Shown here one piece after another: positions 1 through 9,709 of a stretch of DNA of 32,000 nucleotides. Numbering within the stretch: position 1 is the stretch's first letter; each line of letters begins with the position of its first letter. A model generated the notes under the pieces. That model worked only from the letters and a program-made list of their open reading frames with translations, searched no databases and was not told where the DNA came from. The DNA lies in the NCBI RefSeq assembly GCF_000406145.1, contig NZ_CM001976.1, forward strand, positions 2,233,543 through 2,265,542. Direction: 5' to 3'. A program made the translations under genes and the position numbers. This stretch comes from Dickeya dadantii NCPPB 898. Its GTDB lineage: Bacteria > Pseudomonadota > Gammaproteobacteria > Enterobacterales > Enterobacteriaceae.

Positions 1-125
1 CCGCCAGCCCGCAGGCCGACGCCGCCGACGCACTGGCGATTGCCATTACGCACTGCCATTTCAGCCAGAATTTCTCGCGTATCAGCGATGACAAACTGAC
101 GCTGGCGCGCGGGCGTATTCGCTGA
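1..125 (+). CDS. ruvC: Holliday junction resolvase RuvC, 3' end (5' part lies outside the window)
   Basis: Frame 3 reads ...[36 protein letters not shown], then TGA at 123-125. This matches the conserved RuvC C-terminus (E. coli ...[15 protein letters not shown]...LARGRLR). ruvA and ruvB lie downstream. Confidence 0.85.
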   Translation, partial: ASPQADAADALAIAITHCHFSQNFSRISDDKLTLARGRIR

Positions 126-340
126 CTGCTTGATATCCGTTGCATGACGTGATCGTTTAATTCCGGGCGGCTTGACCAAAACCTGTCGTCAGATCGCCGC
201 CCGATTCATCCTCTCGCTTTTCCTGAGCTACTCCTTTTCTGATGTGCATTGTTTGCTAATTCTGATTCTGGTGCTGTGGGAGATTTAGGCCTCTCAGCTG
301 TGCAACCGTTTCCTGTTTTGATCTGGGATAACGCAGCGCC

Positions 341-367
341 GTATGAACAATTCATAAAATCTCATAC
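341..367. promoter_or_regulatory. NikR-type operator candidate, GTATGA-N15-TCATAC
   Basis: Perfect 6-bp inverted half-sites GTATGA (341-346) and TCATAC (362-367), ~50 bp upstream of the NiCoT start and overlapping a TAAAAT -10-like hexamer (355-360). The half-sites equal those of the E. coli nikA operator (GTATGA-N16-TCATAC), but the spacer here is 15 nt, not 16. Confidence 0.5.
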
Positions 368-418
368 TCGCAATTTACCCGACGGTGATAGTCCGCCGGA
401 CTGATACAGAGGTATTGC

Positions 419-1450
419 ATGTTGTCGATTTTATTCAGGAACAATCCACGTGCGGTGGCGATAGTGGGCTGTTTGGTCATGTTTAATATATTGGTGTGGC
501 TGCTGGCATGGGGATTATTCCATGGACATGCCGCTCTGATGGCCACCAGTCTGCTGGCCTGGTGTTACGGCCTGCGCCATGCGGTGGATGCGGATCATAT
601 CGCCGCTATCGACAATGTCACCCGCAAAATGATGCAGGAGGGAAAGACGCCATTGGGGGTGGGTGCCTGGTTTTCGCTAGGGCATTCTTCCATTGTGATT
701 TTAGCGTCGCTGGCGCTGGCCGCAACGGCTGCCGCATTGCAGGATGATATGGCGTGGTTTCATGAAGTCGGCGGCGTTATCGGCACATCGGTTTCCGCTG
801 GGTTTCTGTTGCTGATGGCGCTGGTGAATCTGGTGATTCTGCGTGGTGTCTGGGTTCGTTTCCAACAGTTCAAGCAGGGAAGGCTGGAAGCGCTCAGACA
901 GACTGATGCTGTGCCGGCCGCTGGTGTGATGGGGTGGATATTTCGCGCCACGTTTCGGCTGGTGAACAAAAGCTGGCATATGTATCTGGTTGGCCTGCTG
1001 TTTGGTCTGGGGTTTGATACCGCCACTGAAATCGGCGTATTAGGCATCTCCGCCGCGGGCGCTTCGCAGGGCATGTCGATGTGGTCGATCATGATTTTTC
1101 CGGCGCTGTTCACCTGTGGTATGGCATTGGTGGACACACTGGATAATGTGCTGATGGTCGGGGCCTACGGCTGGGCGTTTCGTAAACCTCAGCGCAAGCT
1201 CTACTACAACCTGACTATTACCGCGACGTCGGTAGTGGTGGCGGTGTTCATCGGTGGTATGGAGGCGCTCGGATTGCTGGCGGATAAACTGGATCTGCAT
1301 ACCGGATGGTGGGGTATGGTTGGCGCGTTCAACGAGCAACTCGGCAATGCCGGATTTTATGTCGTGACGCTGTTTGTCGCCTGCTGGGTGATCTCATTGT
1401 GTAACTATCGCTGGAAAAATTACGATGCGTTGAATAGCCCGATAGCGTAG
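419..1450 (+). CDS. NiCoT (HoxN/HupN/NixA) family nickel/cobalt permease
   Basis: 343-aa ORF encoding a multi-pass membrane protein. It carries the NiCoT signature RHAVDADHIAAIDN and the second family motif LFGLGFDTATEI. Confidence 0.85.
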   Translation: MLSILFRNNPRAVAIVGCLVMFNILVWLLAWGLFHGHAALMATSLLAWCYGLRHAVDADHIAAIDNVTRKMMQEGKTPLGVGAWFSLGHSSIVILASLALAATAAALQDDMAWFHEVGGVIGTSVSAGFLLLMALVNLVILRGVWVRFQQFKQGRLEALRQTDAVPAAGVMGWIFRATFRLVNKSWHMYLVGLLFGLGFDTATEIGVLGISAAGASQGMSMWSIMIFPALFTCGMALVDTLDNVLMVGAYGWAFRKPQRKLYYNLTITATSVVVAVFIGGMEALGLLADKLDLHTGWWGMVGAFNEQLGNAGFYVVTLFVACWVISLCNYRWKNYDALNSPIA

Positions 1451-1458
1451 CCGCATTT

Positions 1459-1506
1459 CCCGGCCGGTTTCTCTGATGAGCCGGGAGACGGCCGGCATTT
1501 TTTCTC
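1459..1506 (+). terminator. Putative Rho-independent terminator of the NiCoT gene
   Basis: CCGGCCG (1460-1466) pairs with CGGCCGG (1489-1495), followed by CATTTTTTCT. It starts 9 nt after the stop codon. Confidence 0.5.
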
Positions 1507-1563
1507 CGGCGTTTCACGGCTTTCATGCCGGCGCCGGAGAGGGATTCCCGCTCTGCCTTATAT

Positions 1564-1579
1564 CTGGATATGCATCCAG
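1564..1579. promoter_or_regulatory. LexA (SOS) box upstream of ruvAB
   Basis: CTGGATATGCATCCAG fits CTG-N10-CAG. It is palindromic and nearly identical to the E. coli ruvAB SOS box (CTGGATATCTATCCAG). It lies 80 bp upstream of the ruvA start. Confidence 0.7.
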
Positions 1580-1658
1580 CTTTTCTGTATCCGCCTTCTT
1601 TTTTTGTGTTATAAGCTATACGCCACGTTTACGTCAGCCAGATTAAGGAAAACATCAC

Positions 1659-2276
1659 GTGATAGGTCGTCTCAGAGGCATCGTACTGGAAAAACAGCCG
1701 CCACTGGTTCTGATTGAAGCCAGCGGCGTCGGATATGAAGTTCATATGCCGATGACCTGCTTTTACGAGTTGCCGGATCTCGGCCAGGAAGCGGTGATTT
1801 TTACCCACTTTGTAGTGCGTGAAGATGCTCAATTACTGTTTGGCTTCAACAACAAACAAGAGCGTTCGCTGTTCCGTGAACTGATCAAAGTGAACGGCGT
1901 GGGGCCGAAACTGGCGTTGGCGATTTTGTCCGGCATGTCGGCCCAGCAGTTCGTCAGCGCGGTGGAGCGTCAGGAAATCAACGCGCTGGTAAAATTACCG
2001 GGCGTGGGCAAGAAAACGGCGGAGCGTTTGGTCGTAGAAATGAAAGACCGCTTTAAAGGGTTGAACGGCGATCTGTTCAACGCCGCCAGCGATATTGCCT
2101 TGCCGGAAGCGGCTGGCAAGACGGAACCGGAGGCGGATCCGCAGGCTGAAGCCGAAGCGGCGCTGGTCGCCCTCGGGTATAAACCGCAGGAGGCCGGCCG
2201 GATGGTGAGCAAAGTGGCGCGGCAGGGGGCCGACTGCGAAACCCTGATCAGGGAAGCGCTGCGCGCTGCGCTGTGA
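1659..2276 (+). CDS. ruvA: Holliday junction DNA helicase subunit RuvA
   Basis: 205-aa ORF with a GTG start preceded by [25 protein letters not shown]... is full-length colinear with E. coli RuvA, including the HhH motifs ([23 protein letters not shown]). Confidence 0.97.
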   Translation: MIGRLRGIVLEKQPPLVLIEASGVGYEVHMPMTCFYELPDLGQEAVIFTHFVVREDAQLLFGFNNKQERSLFRELIKVNGVGPKLALAILSGMSAQQFVSAVERQEINALVKLPGVGKKTAERLVVEMKDRFKGLNGDLFNAASDIALPEAAGKTEPEADPQAEAEAALVALGYKPQEAGRMVSKVARQGADCETLIREALRAAL

Positions 2277-2283
2277 GGTATGT

Positions 2284-3288
2284 ATGATTGAAGCCGATCG
2301 TCTAATTTCACCCGGCGTCGTTGCCGACGAAGAATTGCAGGATCGCGCGATCCGGCCGAAGCTGTTGTCAGAGTACGTCGGGCAGCCGGTGGTGCGTGAG
2401 CAGATGGAGATCTTTATCGAGGCAGCCCGTAAGCGCGGCGATGCGCTCGATCATCTGCTGATTTTTGGTCCTCCGGGGTTAGGTAAAACCACGCTGGCTA
2501 ATATTGTCGCCAACGAAATGGGCGTGAATCTGCGCACGACCTCTGGGCCGGTGCTGGAGAAGGCGGGCGATCTGGCGGCGCTGCTTACCAACCTTGAACC
2601 GCACGACGTGCTGTTCATCGACGAGATTCATCGGCTGTCGCCAGTGGTGGAGGAAGTGCTCTACCCGGCGATGGAAGATTACCAGTTGGATATCATGATC
2701 GGCGAAGGGCCGGCGGCGCGCTCCATCAAGCTGGATTTGCCGCCGTTTACTCTGGTGGGGGCGACAACACGCGCCGGTTCGCTGACCTCGCCGCTGCGCG
2801 ACCGTTTCGGCATCGTGCAGCGGCTCGAATTCTATCAGGTCGCTGATTTGCAGCATATCGTAAAGCGTAGCGCCCAGTGCCTGGGGCTGGATATGACCGA
2901 TGACGGCGCGCTGGAAGTGGCTCGCCGTTCGCGCGGTACGCCGCGTATCGCCAACCGGTTGTTACGCCGGGTTCGGGATTTCTCCGAAGTGAAATCAGAC
3001 GGTGCGATTTCAGCCACGGTAGCGATTCAGGCATTGGATATGCTGGCGGTTGACTCCGAAGGGTTTGATTACATGGACCGCAAGTTACTGCTGGCGGTCA
3101 TCGACAAATTCATGGGCGGCCCGGTGGGGTTGGACAATCTGGCGGCGGCGATCGGCGAAGAGCGTGAAACCATTGAAGATGTGCTGGAACCTTATCTGAT
3201 TCAGCAGGGATTCTTGCAACGCACGCCGCGTGGCCGCATCGCTACACAGCACGCCTATCGCCATTTCGGTCTGACCCGCGAAGAATAG
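2284..3288 (+). CDS. ruvB: Holliday junction DNA helicase RuvB (AAA+)
   Basis: 334-aa ORF starting 8 nt after ruvA. It has Walker [10 protein letters not shown], Walker B VLFIDEIH and a C-terminal winged-helix region, and is colinear with E. coli RuvB. Confidence 0.97.
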   Translation: MIEADRLISPGVVADEELQDRAIRPKLLSEYVGQPVVREQMEIFIEAARKRGDALDHLLIFGPPGLGKTTLANIVANEMGVNLRTTSGPVLEKAGDLAALLTNLEPHDVLFIDEIHRLSPVVEEVLYPAMEDYQLDIMIGEGPAARSIKLDLPPFTLVGATTRAGSLTSPLRDRFGIVQRLEFYQVADLQHIVKRSAQCLGLDMTDDGALEVARRSRGTPRIANRLLRRVRDFSEVKSDGAISATVAIQALDMLAVDSEGFDYMDRKLLLAVIDKFMGGPVGLDNLAAAIGEERETIEDVLEPYLIQQGFLQRTPRGRIATQHAYRHFGLTREE

Positions 3289-3327
3289 AAAAGCGGAGTC
3301 GCAGGCCGTCTTCATCGTTATCCCTCG

Positions 3328-3355
3328 TTATCGCCAGCCGGTCGGCTGGCGATAA
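3328..3355. other. 12-bp perfect hairpin between convergent ruvB and znuB
   Basis: TTATCGCCAGCC-GGTC-GGCTGGCGATAA. There is no U-tract on either strand, so terminator function is unproven. Confidence 0.4.
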
Positions 3356-3427
3356 GTCCTGCAAGGTTAAAATACATTTGCAGGCAGGTGGCAGGTAAAA
3401 AAACCGACAGGCTGAGTGGCCTCTTCT

Positions 3428-4249
3428 CTATATAACAGCATATAACAGCCTAAATACGGCTGCGTCAGGCAGCTTGTTTTTCAGCAGACTAAACATAAAC
3501 AGCAGCGATGCGCATAGCACAACGGAAGGGCCGGCGGGCGTATTGGCGCCGGCTGAGAAAGCCAGTCCGCCGGTGACGGCCATAATGCCGACGCCCATCG
3601 CGTAAACGGCCATTTGCTCCGGCGTGCGGGCAAACCGACGTGCGGTGGCGGCAGGAATAATCAGCAGCGAGGTGATGATCAGCGCGCCGACAAACTTCAT
3701 CGCCAGACCGATGGTCAGGGCGGTGATCAGCATTAGCAACAGTTTAGTGCGGGCGATGGCGATGCCGTCGACGTGCGCCAGCTCCGGGCTGACGGTCATG
3801 GAAAGTAGGGCGCGCCATTGCCACCCCAATACGCCGAGCACCAGCACCACGCCGGGGCCGATCAGCAATAAGTCTTCACTGGTGACCGCGAGCAGGTCGC
3901 CAAACAGGTAAGCCATCAAATCGACGCGAACATTGTTCATCAGGCTGACTACTACCAGACCCAGCGACAGCGCACTGTGCGCCATGATGCCGAGTAGGGT
4001 ATCGATCGCCAGTCCGGGGCGGCGTTCCAGCCAGACCAACCCCACGGCCAATAGTAGGGTTATCGCAATCACCGCATAGAACAGGTTGATGTCCAGCAAC
4101 AGTCCCAGCGCAACGCCAAGTAATGAGGCATGAGCGAGGGTATCGCCAAAATAGGACATACGGCGCCACACGACGAAAGAACCGAGCGGCCCCGCCGCCA
4201 CCGCCAGACACACCCCTGCCAGCCAGCCGGGCAACAACAACTCAATCAT
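3428..4249 (-). CDS. znuB: Zinc ABC transporter permease ZnuB
   Basis: 273-aa [16 protein letters not shown]...[23 protein letters not shown]... is colinear with E. coli ZnuB. Its ATG overlaps the znuC stop (ATGA). Confidence 0.95.
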   Translation of the reverse strand: MIELLLPGWLAGVCLAVAAGPLGSFVVWRRMSYFGDTLAHASLLGVALGLLLDINLFYAVIAITLLLAVGLVWLERRPGLAIDTLLGIMAHSALSLGLVVVSLMNNVRVDLMAYLFGDLLAVTSEDLLLIGPGVVLVLGVLGWQWRALLSMTVSPELAHVDGIAIARTKLLLMLITALTIGLAMKFVGALIITSLLIIPAATARRFARTPEQMAVYAMGVGIMAVTGGLAFSAGANTPAGPSVVLCASLLFMFSLLKNKLPDAAVFRLLYAVI

Positions 4250-5004
4250 GCGTGATTACCATCCTGTCGCTTTAAAATGATTTTTCCGTTCAGATCGTGA
4301 CGGTGATTGTGATGGTGGCGGTAAATCGCCAGTTGTCCGGCGCCTCGGTGGCCGAACATAGCCAGAAATTCCGGGTGCAGCGACACCACTTCCGGGGTAC
4401 CGGAGCAGCAGATGTGCTGATTGAGACACAGGACTTCATCGGTTTTTGCCATTACCAGATGCAGGTCGTGGGAGACCATCAGCACGCCGCACTGATACTC
4501 CTGCCGTAACTGGTTAATCAACTCGTAAAGTGCTAGCTGACCGTTGACGTCCACCCCTTGGGTAGGCTCATCCAGCACCAGCAACTGCGGGCGGGCGAGA
4601 ATAGCTCGTGCCAGTAGAACACGCTGGGTTTCGCCGCCGGAAAGCTTTTGCATCGGTTGTTCAAGCAAATGACCCGCCTGCACGCGTTTCAATACCGGCA
4701 TGATGTCCTGCTTATTGACTCCGGGGCGCAACTGCATAAAACGTTTGACGGTCAGAGGCAGGGTTGGGTCCAGGTGCAATTTTTGCGGCACGTAGCCGAT
4801 GCGGATATTCGCAGCCCGAGTCAGCGTGCCGCGGGTTGGGGTCTGTAATCCCAGAACAACCCGGACCAGCGTGGATTTCCCCGCGCCGTTAGGTCCGAGC
4901 AGCGTCAGAATACGACCAGCCTGCAATGTGAGAGAAATATCATTGAGTACCGGTTTGTTGCCAAACTGCACGCCAATATTTTCCAGTGAAACCAGCGTTG
5001 ACAT
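4246..5004 (-). CDS. znuC: Zinc ABC transporter ATPase ZnuC
   Basis: 252-aa ORF with Walker [13 protein letters not shown] signature LSGGETQR, Walker B LLVLDEP and a His-rich C-terminus (HHHNHRH). Confidence 0.95.
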   Translation of the reverse strand: MSTLVSLENIGVQFGNKPVLNDISLTLQAGRILTLLGPNGAGKSTLVRVVLGLQTPTRGTLTRAANIRIGYVPQKLHLDPTLPLTVKRFMQLRPGVNKQDIMPVLKRVQAGHLLEQPMQKLSGGETQRVLLARAILARPQLLVLDEPTQGVDVNGQLALYELINQLRQEYQCGVLMVSHDLHLVMAKTDEVLCLNQHICCSGTPEVVSLHPEFLAMFGHRGAGQLAIYRHHHNHRHDLNGKIILKRQDGNHA

Positions 5005-5027
5005 AGAATTCTGTTTGCAGAGGGTGT

Positions 5028-5050
5028 GTGACGTTATAATATAACGCGTT
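5028..5050. promoter_or_regulatory. Zur box in the divergent znuCB / znuA promoter region
   Basis: A perfect odd palindrome CGTTATAATATAACG (5032-5046) matches the enterobacterial Zur consensus core (TGTTATAWTATAACA). It lies between the znuC start (5004) and the znuA start (5080). Confidence 0.7.
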
Positions 5051-5079
5051 TTTATTGATAAATCGACGGATGATTGGGT

Positions 5080-6117
5080 ATGTTGCTAGTTACTCACTAT
5101 AAATGGCTAAACACCAAATGGCTGAACACCGTACTTGCTGCCGGTACATTACTGGCGTCGTTGTCTGCCACGTCGGTTGCCTCTGCCGCCGTGGTTACCT
5201 CGATTCGCCCGCTGGCGTTTATCGCCGCGGCGATCGCTGATGGCGTTACGCCCACGGAAGTGCTGTTGCCGGATGGCGCGTCGCCGCATGATTATGCACT
5301 ACGCCCGTCCGATGTACAGCGTCTTAAATCGGCAGAACTGGTGATTTGGGTTGGGCCGGAAATGGAAGCGTTTCTGCCCAAGGCGTTGCAACCGCTGCCG
5401 GCGGAACGTCAAATCGCCTTGAGCCTGCAACCGGCCGTCAAATCGCTATTGTTACGGGAGTCACATCCTGAACATGGCGCGGTGGAAAACGGTGCGCAGC
5501 ATGACTCCGATCATGATAACCATGCCGACAACGGGCATGATCACGCCAATGAGCCTGAAAATCATCAGGATAGCGATGATGACGGGCATCATCACGGTGA
5601 GTTCAATATGCATATCTGGCTATCGCCGGAGATGGCGCAGGCTTCTGCCGTCGCTATTCATGCAAAATTGTTGGAACTCATGCCGCAGAATAAAGACAAA
5701 CTGGATGCAAACCTGCGTAAATTCACTGAGAAACTTGCGCAGACAGATAAAAATGTTGTTAATATGCTGACGCCTGTGCGTGGCAAGGGTTACTTCGTGT
5801 TTCACGATGCCTACGGCTACTTCGAACAGCATTATGGGTTGACCCCACTGGGGCATTTTACTATCAACCCGGCTATTGCGCCCGGCGCACAGCGTTTAAA
5901 CCAGATACGAACACAGTTGGTTGAGCATAAAGCGGTTTGCGTTTTTGCTGAGCCACAATTCAGGCCAGCGGTCATCAATGCTGTCGCCAGGGGAACTGAC
6001 GTGCGCATCGGCGTGCTGGACCCGTTGGGAAGTGACATTGCACTGGATAAGGACAGCTATGCGCGGCTCCTGTTGCAACTGTCCGAACAGTATTTGAGCT
6101 GCCTGAAGGAAAAATAA
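5080..6117 (+). CDS. znuA: Periplasmic zinc-binding protein ZnuA
   Basis: The ORF opens at TTG 5074; ATG 5080 is preferred. It has a signal peptide (...SVASA|AVV) and a His/Asp-rich loop ([35 protein letters not shown]). The rest is colinear with E. coli ZnuA. Confidence 0.93.
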   Translation: MLLVTHYKWLNTKWLNTVLAAGTLLASLSATSVASAAVVTSIRPLAFIAAAIADGVTPTEVLLPDGASPHDYALRPSDVQRLKSAELVIWVGPEMEAFLPKALQPLPAERQIALSLQPAVKSLLLRESHPEHGAVENGAQHDSDHDNHADNGHDHANEPENHQDSDDDGHHHGEFNMHIWLSPEMAQASAVAIHAKLLELMPQNKDKLDANLRKFTEKLAQTDKNVVNMLTPVRGKGYFVFHDAYGYFEQHYGLTPLGHFTINPAIAPGAQRLNQIRTQLVEHKAVCVFAEPQFRPAVINAVARGTDVRIGVLDPLGSDIALDKDSYARLLLQLSEQYLSCLKEK

Positions 6118-6132
6118 TGAGGATAGGAACAA

Positions 6133-7545
6133 GTGCAGCAGATAGTCCGAACTATCGCTCTGGCGTATAACAGCCTTCCCCGGCCTCACCGCGTGATGCT
6201 GGGGTCACTGACCGTCGTCACACTGGCCGCTGCGGTCTGGCGGCCGATGACATATCCCCCGGTCAATGACGCACCTGTTATCGTAAAAGACGCGGAAAGC
6301 GAAAAAAATCAAACTCAGAGCCAGGCTCTGAACCCTCCAGCCAGTGAACCCCTGGATAGCAACCCATTGCCGCCGGTAGCGGCGTCGCAGAACGCCGGAT
6401 CGGCACCGACGGCGGATGTGACCGAAGCCAACAGCGAACCGTTGGATCAGCCATCCACCACCAATGGCATCATTAAAGACGAGCTGGACGACAAAGACGC
6501 TGACGACACGCATGAGTATGTGGTGTCTACCGGCGATACGCTGAGCAGTATTCTGACGCAATACGGTATTGATATGTCGGATATTGCCGCTCTGGCGGAT
6601 CGTAATGCGGCGCTGCGGAATCTGAAGATCGGCCAGCAGCTGACCTGGACGCTGGATAGCGATGGCGCGCTGCAAACTCTGACCTGGCAGGTGTCGCGCC
6701 GGGAAACCCGTACCTATACCCGAAACGGCGATGCCTTCCGTGAAGAAATCGAGAACGTGGAAGGGGACTGGCAGAACAAGGTGCTGATCGGTCGTCTGGA
6801 CGGCAGCTTCGCCAGTAGCGCGCAGGCTGCCGGATTGACCAGCAGCGAAGTGCGGGAAGTGATTCGTGCGCTGCAATGGCAGTTGGATTTCCGCAAACTG
6901 CGTAAAGATGACAGTTTTGCCGTGCTGATTTCCCGTGAAATACTGGATGGCCGTAGCGAACAAAGCGAGCTGCAGGGCGTTCGGTTGCGTACCGGCGGGA
7001 AAAACTACTACGCGTTCCGCGCTGAAGACGGCAAATTCTATGACCGCGAAGCTTCCGGCCTGACCCGAGGTTTCCTGCGATTCCCGACCATGAAGCAGTT
7101 CAAGGTATCCTCCAACTTCAACCCACGTCGCCTTAATCCGGTAACCGGCCGTATCGCACCGCACCGTGGCGTTGATTTCTCCATGCCGGTGGGGACGCCG
7201 GTACTGGCCGTCGGTGATGGCGAGGTTGTGGTGGCTGAGCGGGACAGTGAAGCCGGTAACTTTGTCGCTGTGCGCCACGGGCGGCAATACACCACCCGTT
7301 ACATGCACATGAACCGTTTGCTGGTTAAACCGGGGCAGAAGATCAAGCGTGGCGATCGTATCGGCCTGTCCGGCAATACCGGGCGTTCCACCGGTCCGCA
7401 CCTGCATTATGAACTGTGGGTCAACCAACAAGCCGTCAATCCGCTAACGGCGAAACTGCCGCGCTCCGAAGGGCTGATGGGCAAAGAGCGCCGCGATTAT
7501 CTGGCGCATGTGCGAGAAGTCTTGCCTCAATTGCAACTGGACTGA
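6133..7545 (+). CDS. mepM: Murein DD-endopeptidase MepM (YebA), LysM + M23 peptidase
   Basis: 470-aa ORF with a GTG start. The N-terminus MQQIVRTIALAYNSLPRPHRVMLGSLTV matches YebA. It has a LysM segment (YVVSTGDTLSSILTQYGI...) and M23 metal ligands (HRGVDF ... GPHLHYE). Confidence 0.93.
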   Translation: MQQIVRTIALAYNSLPRPHRVMLGSLTVVTLAAAVWRPMTYPPVNDAPVIVKDAESEKNQTQSQALNPPASEPLDSNPLPPVAASQNAGSAPTADVTEANSEPLDQPSTTNGIIKDELDDKDADDTHEYVVSTGDTLSSILTQYGIDMSDIAALADRNAALRNLKIGQQLTWTLDSDGALQTLTWQVSRRETRTYTRNGDAFREEIENVEGDWQNKVLIGRLDGSFASSAQAAGLTSSEVREVIRALQWQLDFRKLRKDDSFAVLISREILDGRSEQSELQGVRLRTGGKNYYAFRAEDGKFYDREASGLTRGFLRFPTMKQFKVSSNFNPRRLNPVTGRIAPHRGVDFSMPVGTPVLAVGDGEVVVAERDSEAGNFVAVRHGRQYTTRYMHMNRLLVKPGQKIKRGDRIGLSGNTGRSTGPHLHYELWVNQQAVNPLTAKLPRSEGLMGKERRDYLAHVREVLPQLQLD

Positions 7546-7564
7546 GCACCGTTGCGGGTAAGTG

Positions 7565-7600
7565 ACAGCCGGCAGTTTGCGCTGCCGGCTGTTTTTTTAT
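7565..7600 (+). terminator. Rho-independent terminator of mepM
   Basis: 11-bp stem ACAGCCGGCAG / CTGCCGGCTGT with loop TTTGCG, followed by a T7 run. Confidence 0.8.
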
Positions 7601-7697
7601 TTATGTCGCACGGGCGATATCGGACCGGTGCGTGTTCAATTGCAAAACGTCGGGCAGCGATTATCATTAACCCGATTTTGTGATGAAGAGTGGTTGC

Positions 7698-8684
7698 ATG
7701 GAACAAGAGAAAAAAGAGAAGAAAACCAACGCTGAGTTTATCCCGCAATTTACGCCGGCCTTCTTTCATCCGCGCTATTGGGCGCTGTGGCTGGTTGTGT
7801 GTGTGACGGCGTTGATTGCCTGTATTCCGGCCCGCTTGCGTGACCCGGTACTGGGCGCGTTAGGCCGACTGGTTGGGCGGTTTTCCAAAGGCGCGAGACG
7901 GCGTGCCCGCATCAATTTGCTGTTGTGTATGCCGCAACTATCGGAAAACGAACGCGAGCATATCATCGACCAGATGTTTGCGACGGCGCCGCAGGCGATG
8001 CTGATGATGGTGGAGCTGGCGATATTACCCGCCAGCCGGGCTGAGCGTCGCGTCCGCTGGCATGGCATGGAGATTGTCGATGCGCTGCGTGAACAGCAGC
8101 GTAACGTTATTTTCATGGTGCCGCACGGTTGGGCGGTAGACGTGCCCGCTATGCTGATGAGCCTGCGCGGGCAGAAAATGGCCGCCATGATACACAATCA
8201 GAAAAACCCGCTGCAGGATTATCTGTGGAATACCCTGCGCCGCCGTTTTGGCGGACGTCTGCATACCCGTAACGATGGCATTAAGCCTTTTATCGGCTCA
8301 GTGCGTGAAGGTTACTGGGGCTACTATTTGCCGGATCAGGATCATGGAGCAGAGCACAGCGAGTTCGTCGATTTTTTTGCGACCTACAAAGCCACGTTGC
8401 CCGCTGTCGGCCGACTGATGAAGGTATGTCGCGCTGAAATCGTGCCGCTATTTCCGGTATATGACGGCAAAACCTCCCAGTTGGATGTCTATATTCGTCC
8501 GCCGATGAGCGATATTAATGGCGCTGATGATCACACGATTGCCCGCCGCATGAACGAAGAAGTTGAACTTTTGGTAACGCCTAACCCGGAACAGTACACC
8601 TGGATTTTGAAACTGTTGAAAACCCGTAAGCCGGGGGAAACCGAACCCTATCTGCGTAAAGACCTGTATCCGCGCAAGAAATAG
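7698..8684 (+). CDS. lpxM: Lipid A myristoyl (late) acyltransferase LpxM (MsbB)
   Basis: The ORF opens at 7680, but MEQEKKEKKTNAEFIPQF... from ATG 7698 aligns with the E. coli LpxM N-terminus. It has the acyltransferase HX4D motif (PHGWAVD) and a highly conserved block YWGYYLPDQDHGAEHSEFVDFFATYKATLPA. Confidence 0.92.
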   Translation: MEQEKKEKKTNAEFIPQFTPAFFHPRYWALWLVVCVTALIACIPARLRDPVLGALGRLVGRFSKGARRRARINLLLCMPQLSENEREHIIDQMFATAPQAMLMMVELAILPASRAERRVRWHGMEIVDALREQQRNVIFMVPHGWAVDVPAMLMSLRGQKMAAMIHNQKNPLQDYLWNTLRRRFGGRLHTRNDGIKPFIGSVREGYWGYYLPDQDHGAEHSEFVDFFATYKATLPAVGRLMKVCRAEIVPLFPVYDGKTSQLDVYIRPPMSDINGADDHTIARRMNEEVELLVTPNPEQYTWILKLLKTRKPGETEPYLRKDLYPRKK

Positions 8685-8719
8685 GGAACCGTAAGGCGGC
8701 CACATCAGTAAAAAAACGA

Positions 8720-8748
8720 AGGCGGAGCTGGAGCTCCGCTTTTTTTTG
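8720..8748 (+). terminator. Rho-independent terminator of lpxM
   Basis: GCGGAGC / GCTCCGC stem followed by a T8 run. Confidence 0.8.
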
Positions 8749-9116
8749 CCTGCCTCCGGCGTGGTATCGGCATAAACGCTATTCATGGCCTGCACGGCTT
8801 TTATGTGATTGAATAATCAATCCATTATTTATTCAAACATGATGAACTGCTGGCAAGAATACATAATCTGTAACAGTTAAACCTTATTTCATTTTATATC
8901 TTTCGGAACTTATAAGAATCTTTAAAAATAGTGTTGTTTAGCGATAATTCTTTCTCGGAATATTCCATATTCTTTTTGTCATTGCTTTTGATTTAATAGC
9001 CCCCGAGGTCACTGCATGTATGACTTCAACCGTTAGCCACCGTAAATACTGCGGAATAATTTATCCGCCTATTTAGTTCAGGCTAATAAAAGAATCTCTG
9101 CTAAAGGATTTTTATC

Positions 9117-9509
9117 ATGAATCTGAAACCACTGTTTTTAGGCGTTTTACTGGCAACAACCTATGCAACTGCCAACGCAGCGACCACCACGGTGGAAAAA
9201 AGCGCAACTGACGCCACGGCAACCAGTGCGGTACCGGCATCCGCCGAATCTGCGCTGGGCAAGGCGGTGGATAAAACGAATACTGATGCGGCAACCAAGG
9301 CTGAACGTGACGTTTCAGCGGTGAAAGCGAATGTTGACGTAGAGAATGTGGCGAAGACCGAAAAAGTCGCCGCGGAAACTCCTGTGAAAGGTGAAGAAAA
9401 ACCGGCGAAAAAAATGGTGAAAAAACATCATGCTGCCAGCACCAGTACAAAGGAAAAGACTAAAACCAGCACCGGGGAAAAAAAGGACGATACGACAAGT
9501 CAGCAATAG
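9117..9509 (+). CDS. Secreted low-complexity Ala/Thr/Lys-rich protein, no family assigned (loosely Asr-like tail)
   Basis: 130-aa ORF with AGGA 9 nt upstream. It has a signal peptide MNLKPLFLGVLLATTYATANA|A. The mature part is compositionally biased, with a basic tail ...KPAKKMVKKHHAAS.... It lies in an AT-rich insert absent from the E. coli lpxM-pykA junction. Confidence 0.6.
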   Translation: MNLKPLFLGVLLATTYATANAATTTVEKSATDATATSAVPASAESALGKAVDKTNTDAATKAERDVSAVKANVDVENVAKTEKVAAETPVKGEEKPAKKMVKKHHAASTSTKEKTKTSTGEKKDDTTSQQ

Positions 9510-9709
9510 CGGTACCCAGAAAACTCGTCTGCCAGTCAGCGTACAATAAGATGAACATCGCGCGATAATAAAAGGAATAGTAGTATTCGCGTAGATGGCA
9601 ATAATTAACCCGGTCGGGAATAACGAATGGATTATTGAAAAATAACCAAAGCGTTATTTCTGACCGGGAAATACGACGGCATATTCCTTTTGGAGAAAGG
9701 TTGGGTTTT

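Noticed and set aside
5074-5079. TTG 5074 as the znuA start, and likewise the long N-terminal extensions of the track ORFs for lpxM, pykA, hexR, zwf, eda, purT, ptrB, holE, copC and ftnA
   Set aside because: The internal ATG starts reproduce the E. coli protein N-termini and lengths and have better SD sequences.
6205-7431. 408-aa minus-strand ORF
   Set aside because: It is fully antisense to the well-supported mepM gene. Its Arg/Gly/Gln/Thr-rich composition is typical of shadow frames in GC-rich coding DNA. It has no SD and no recognisable motifs.
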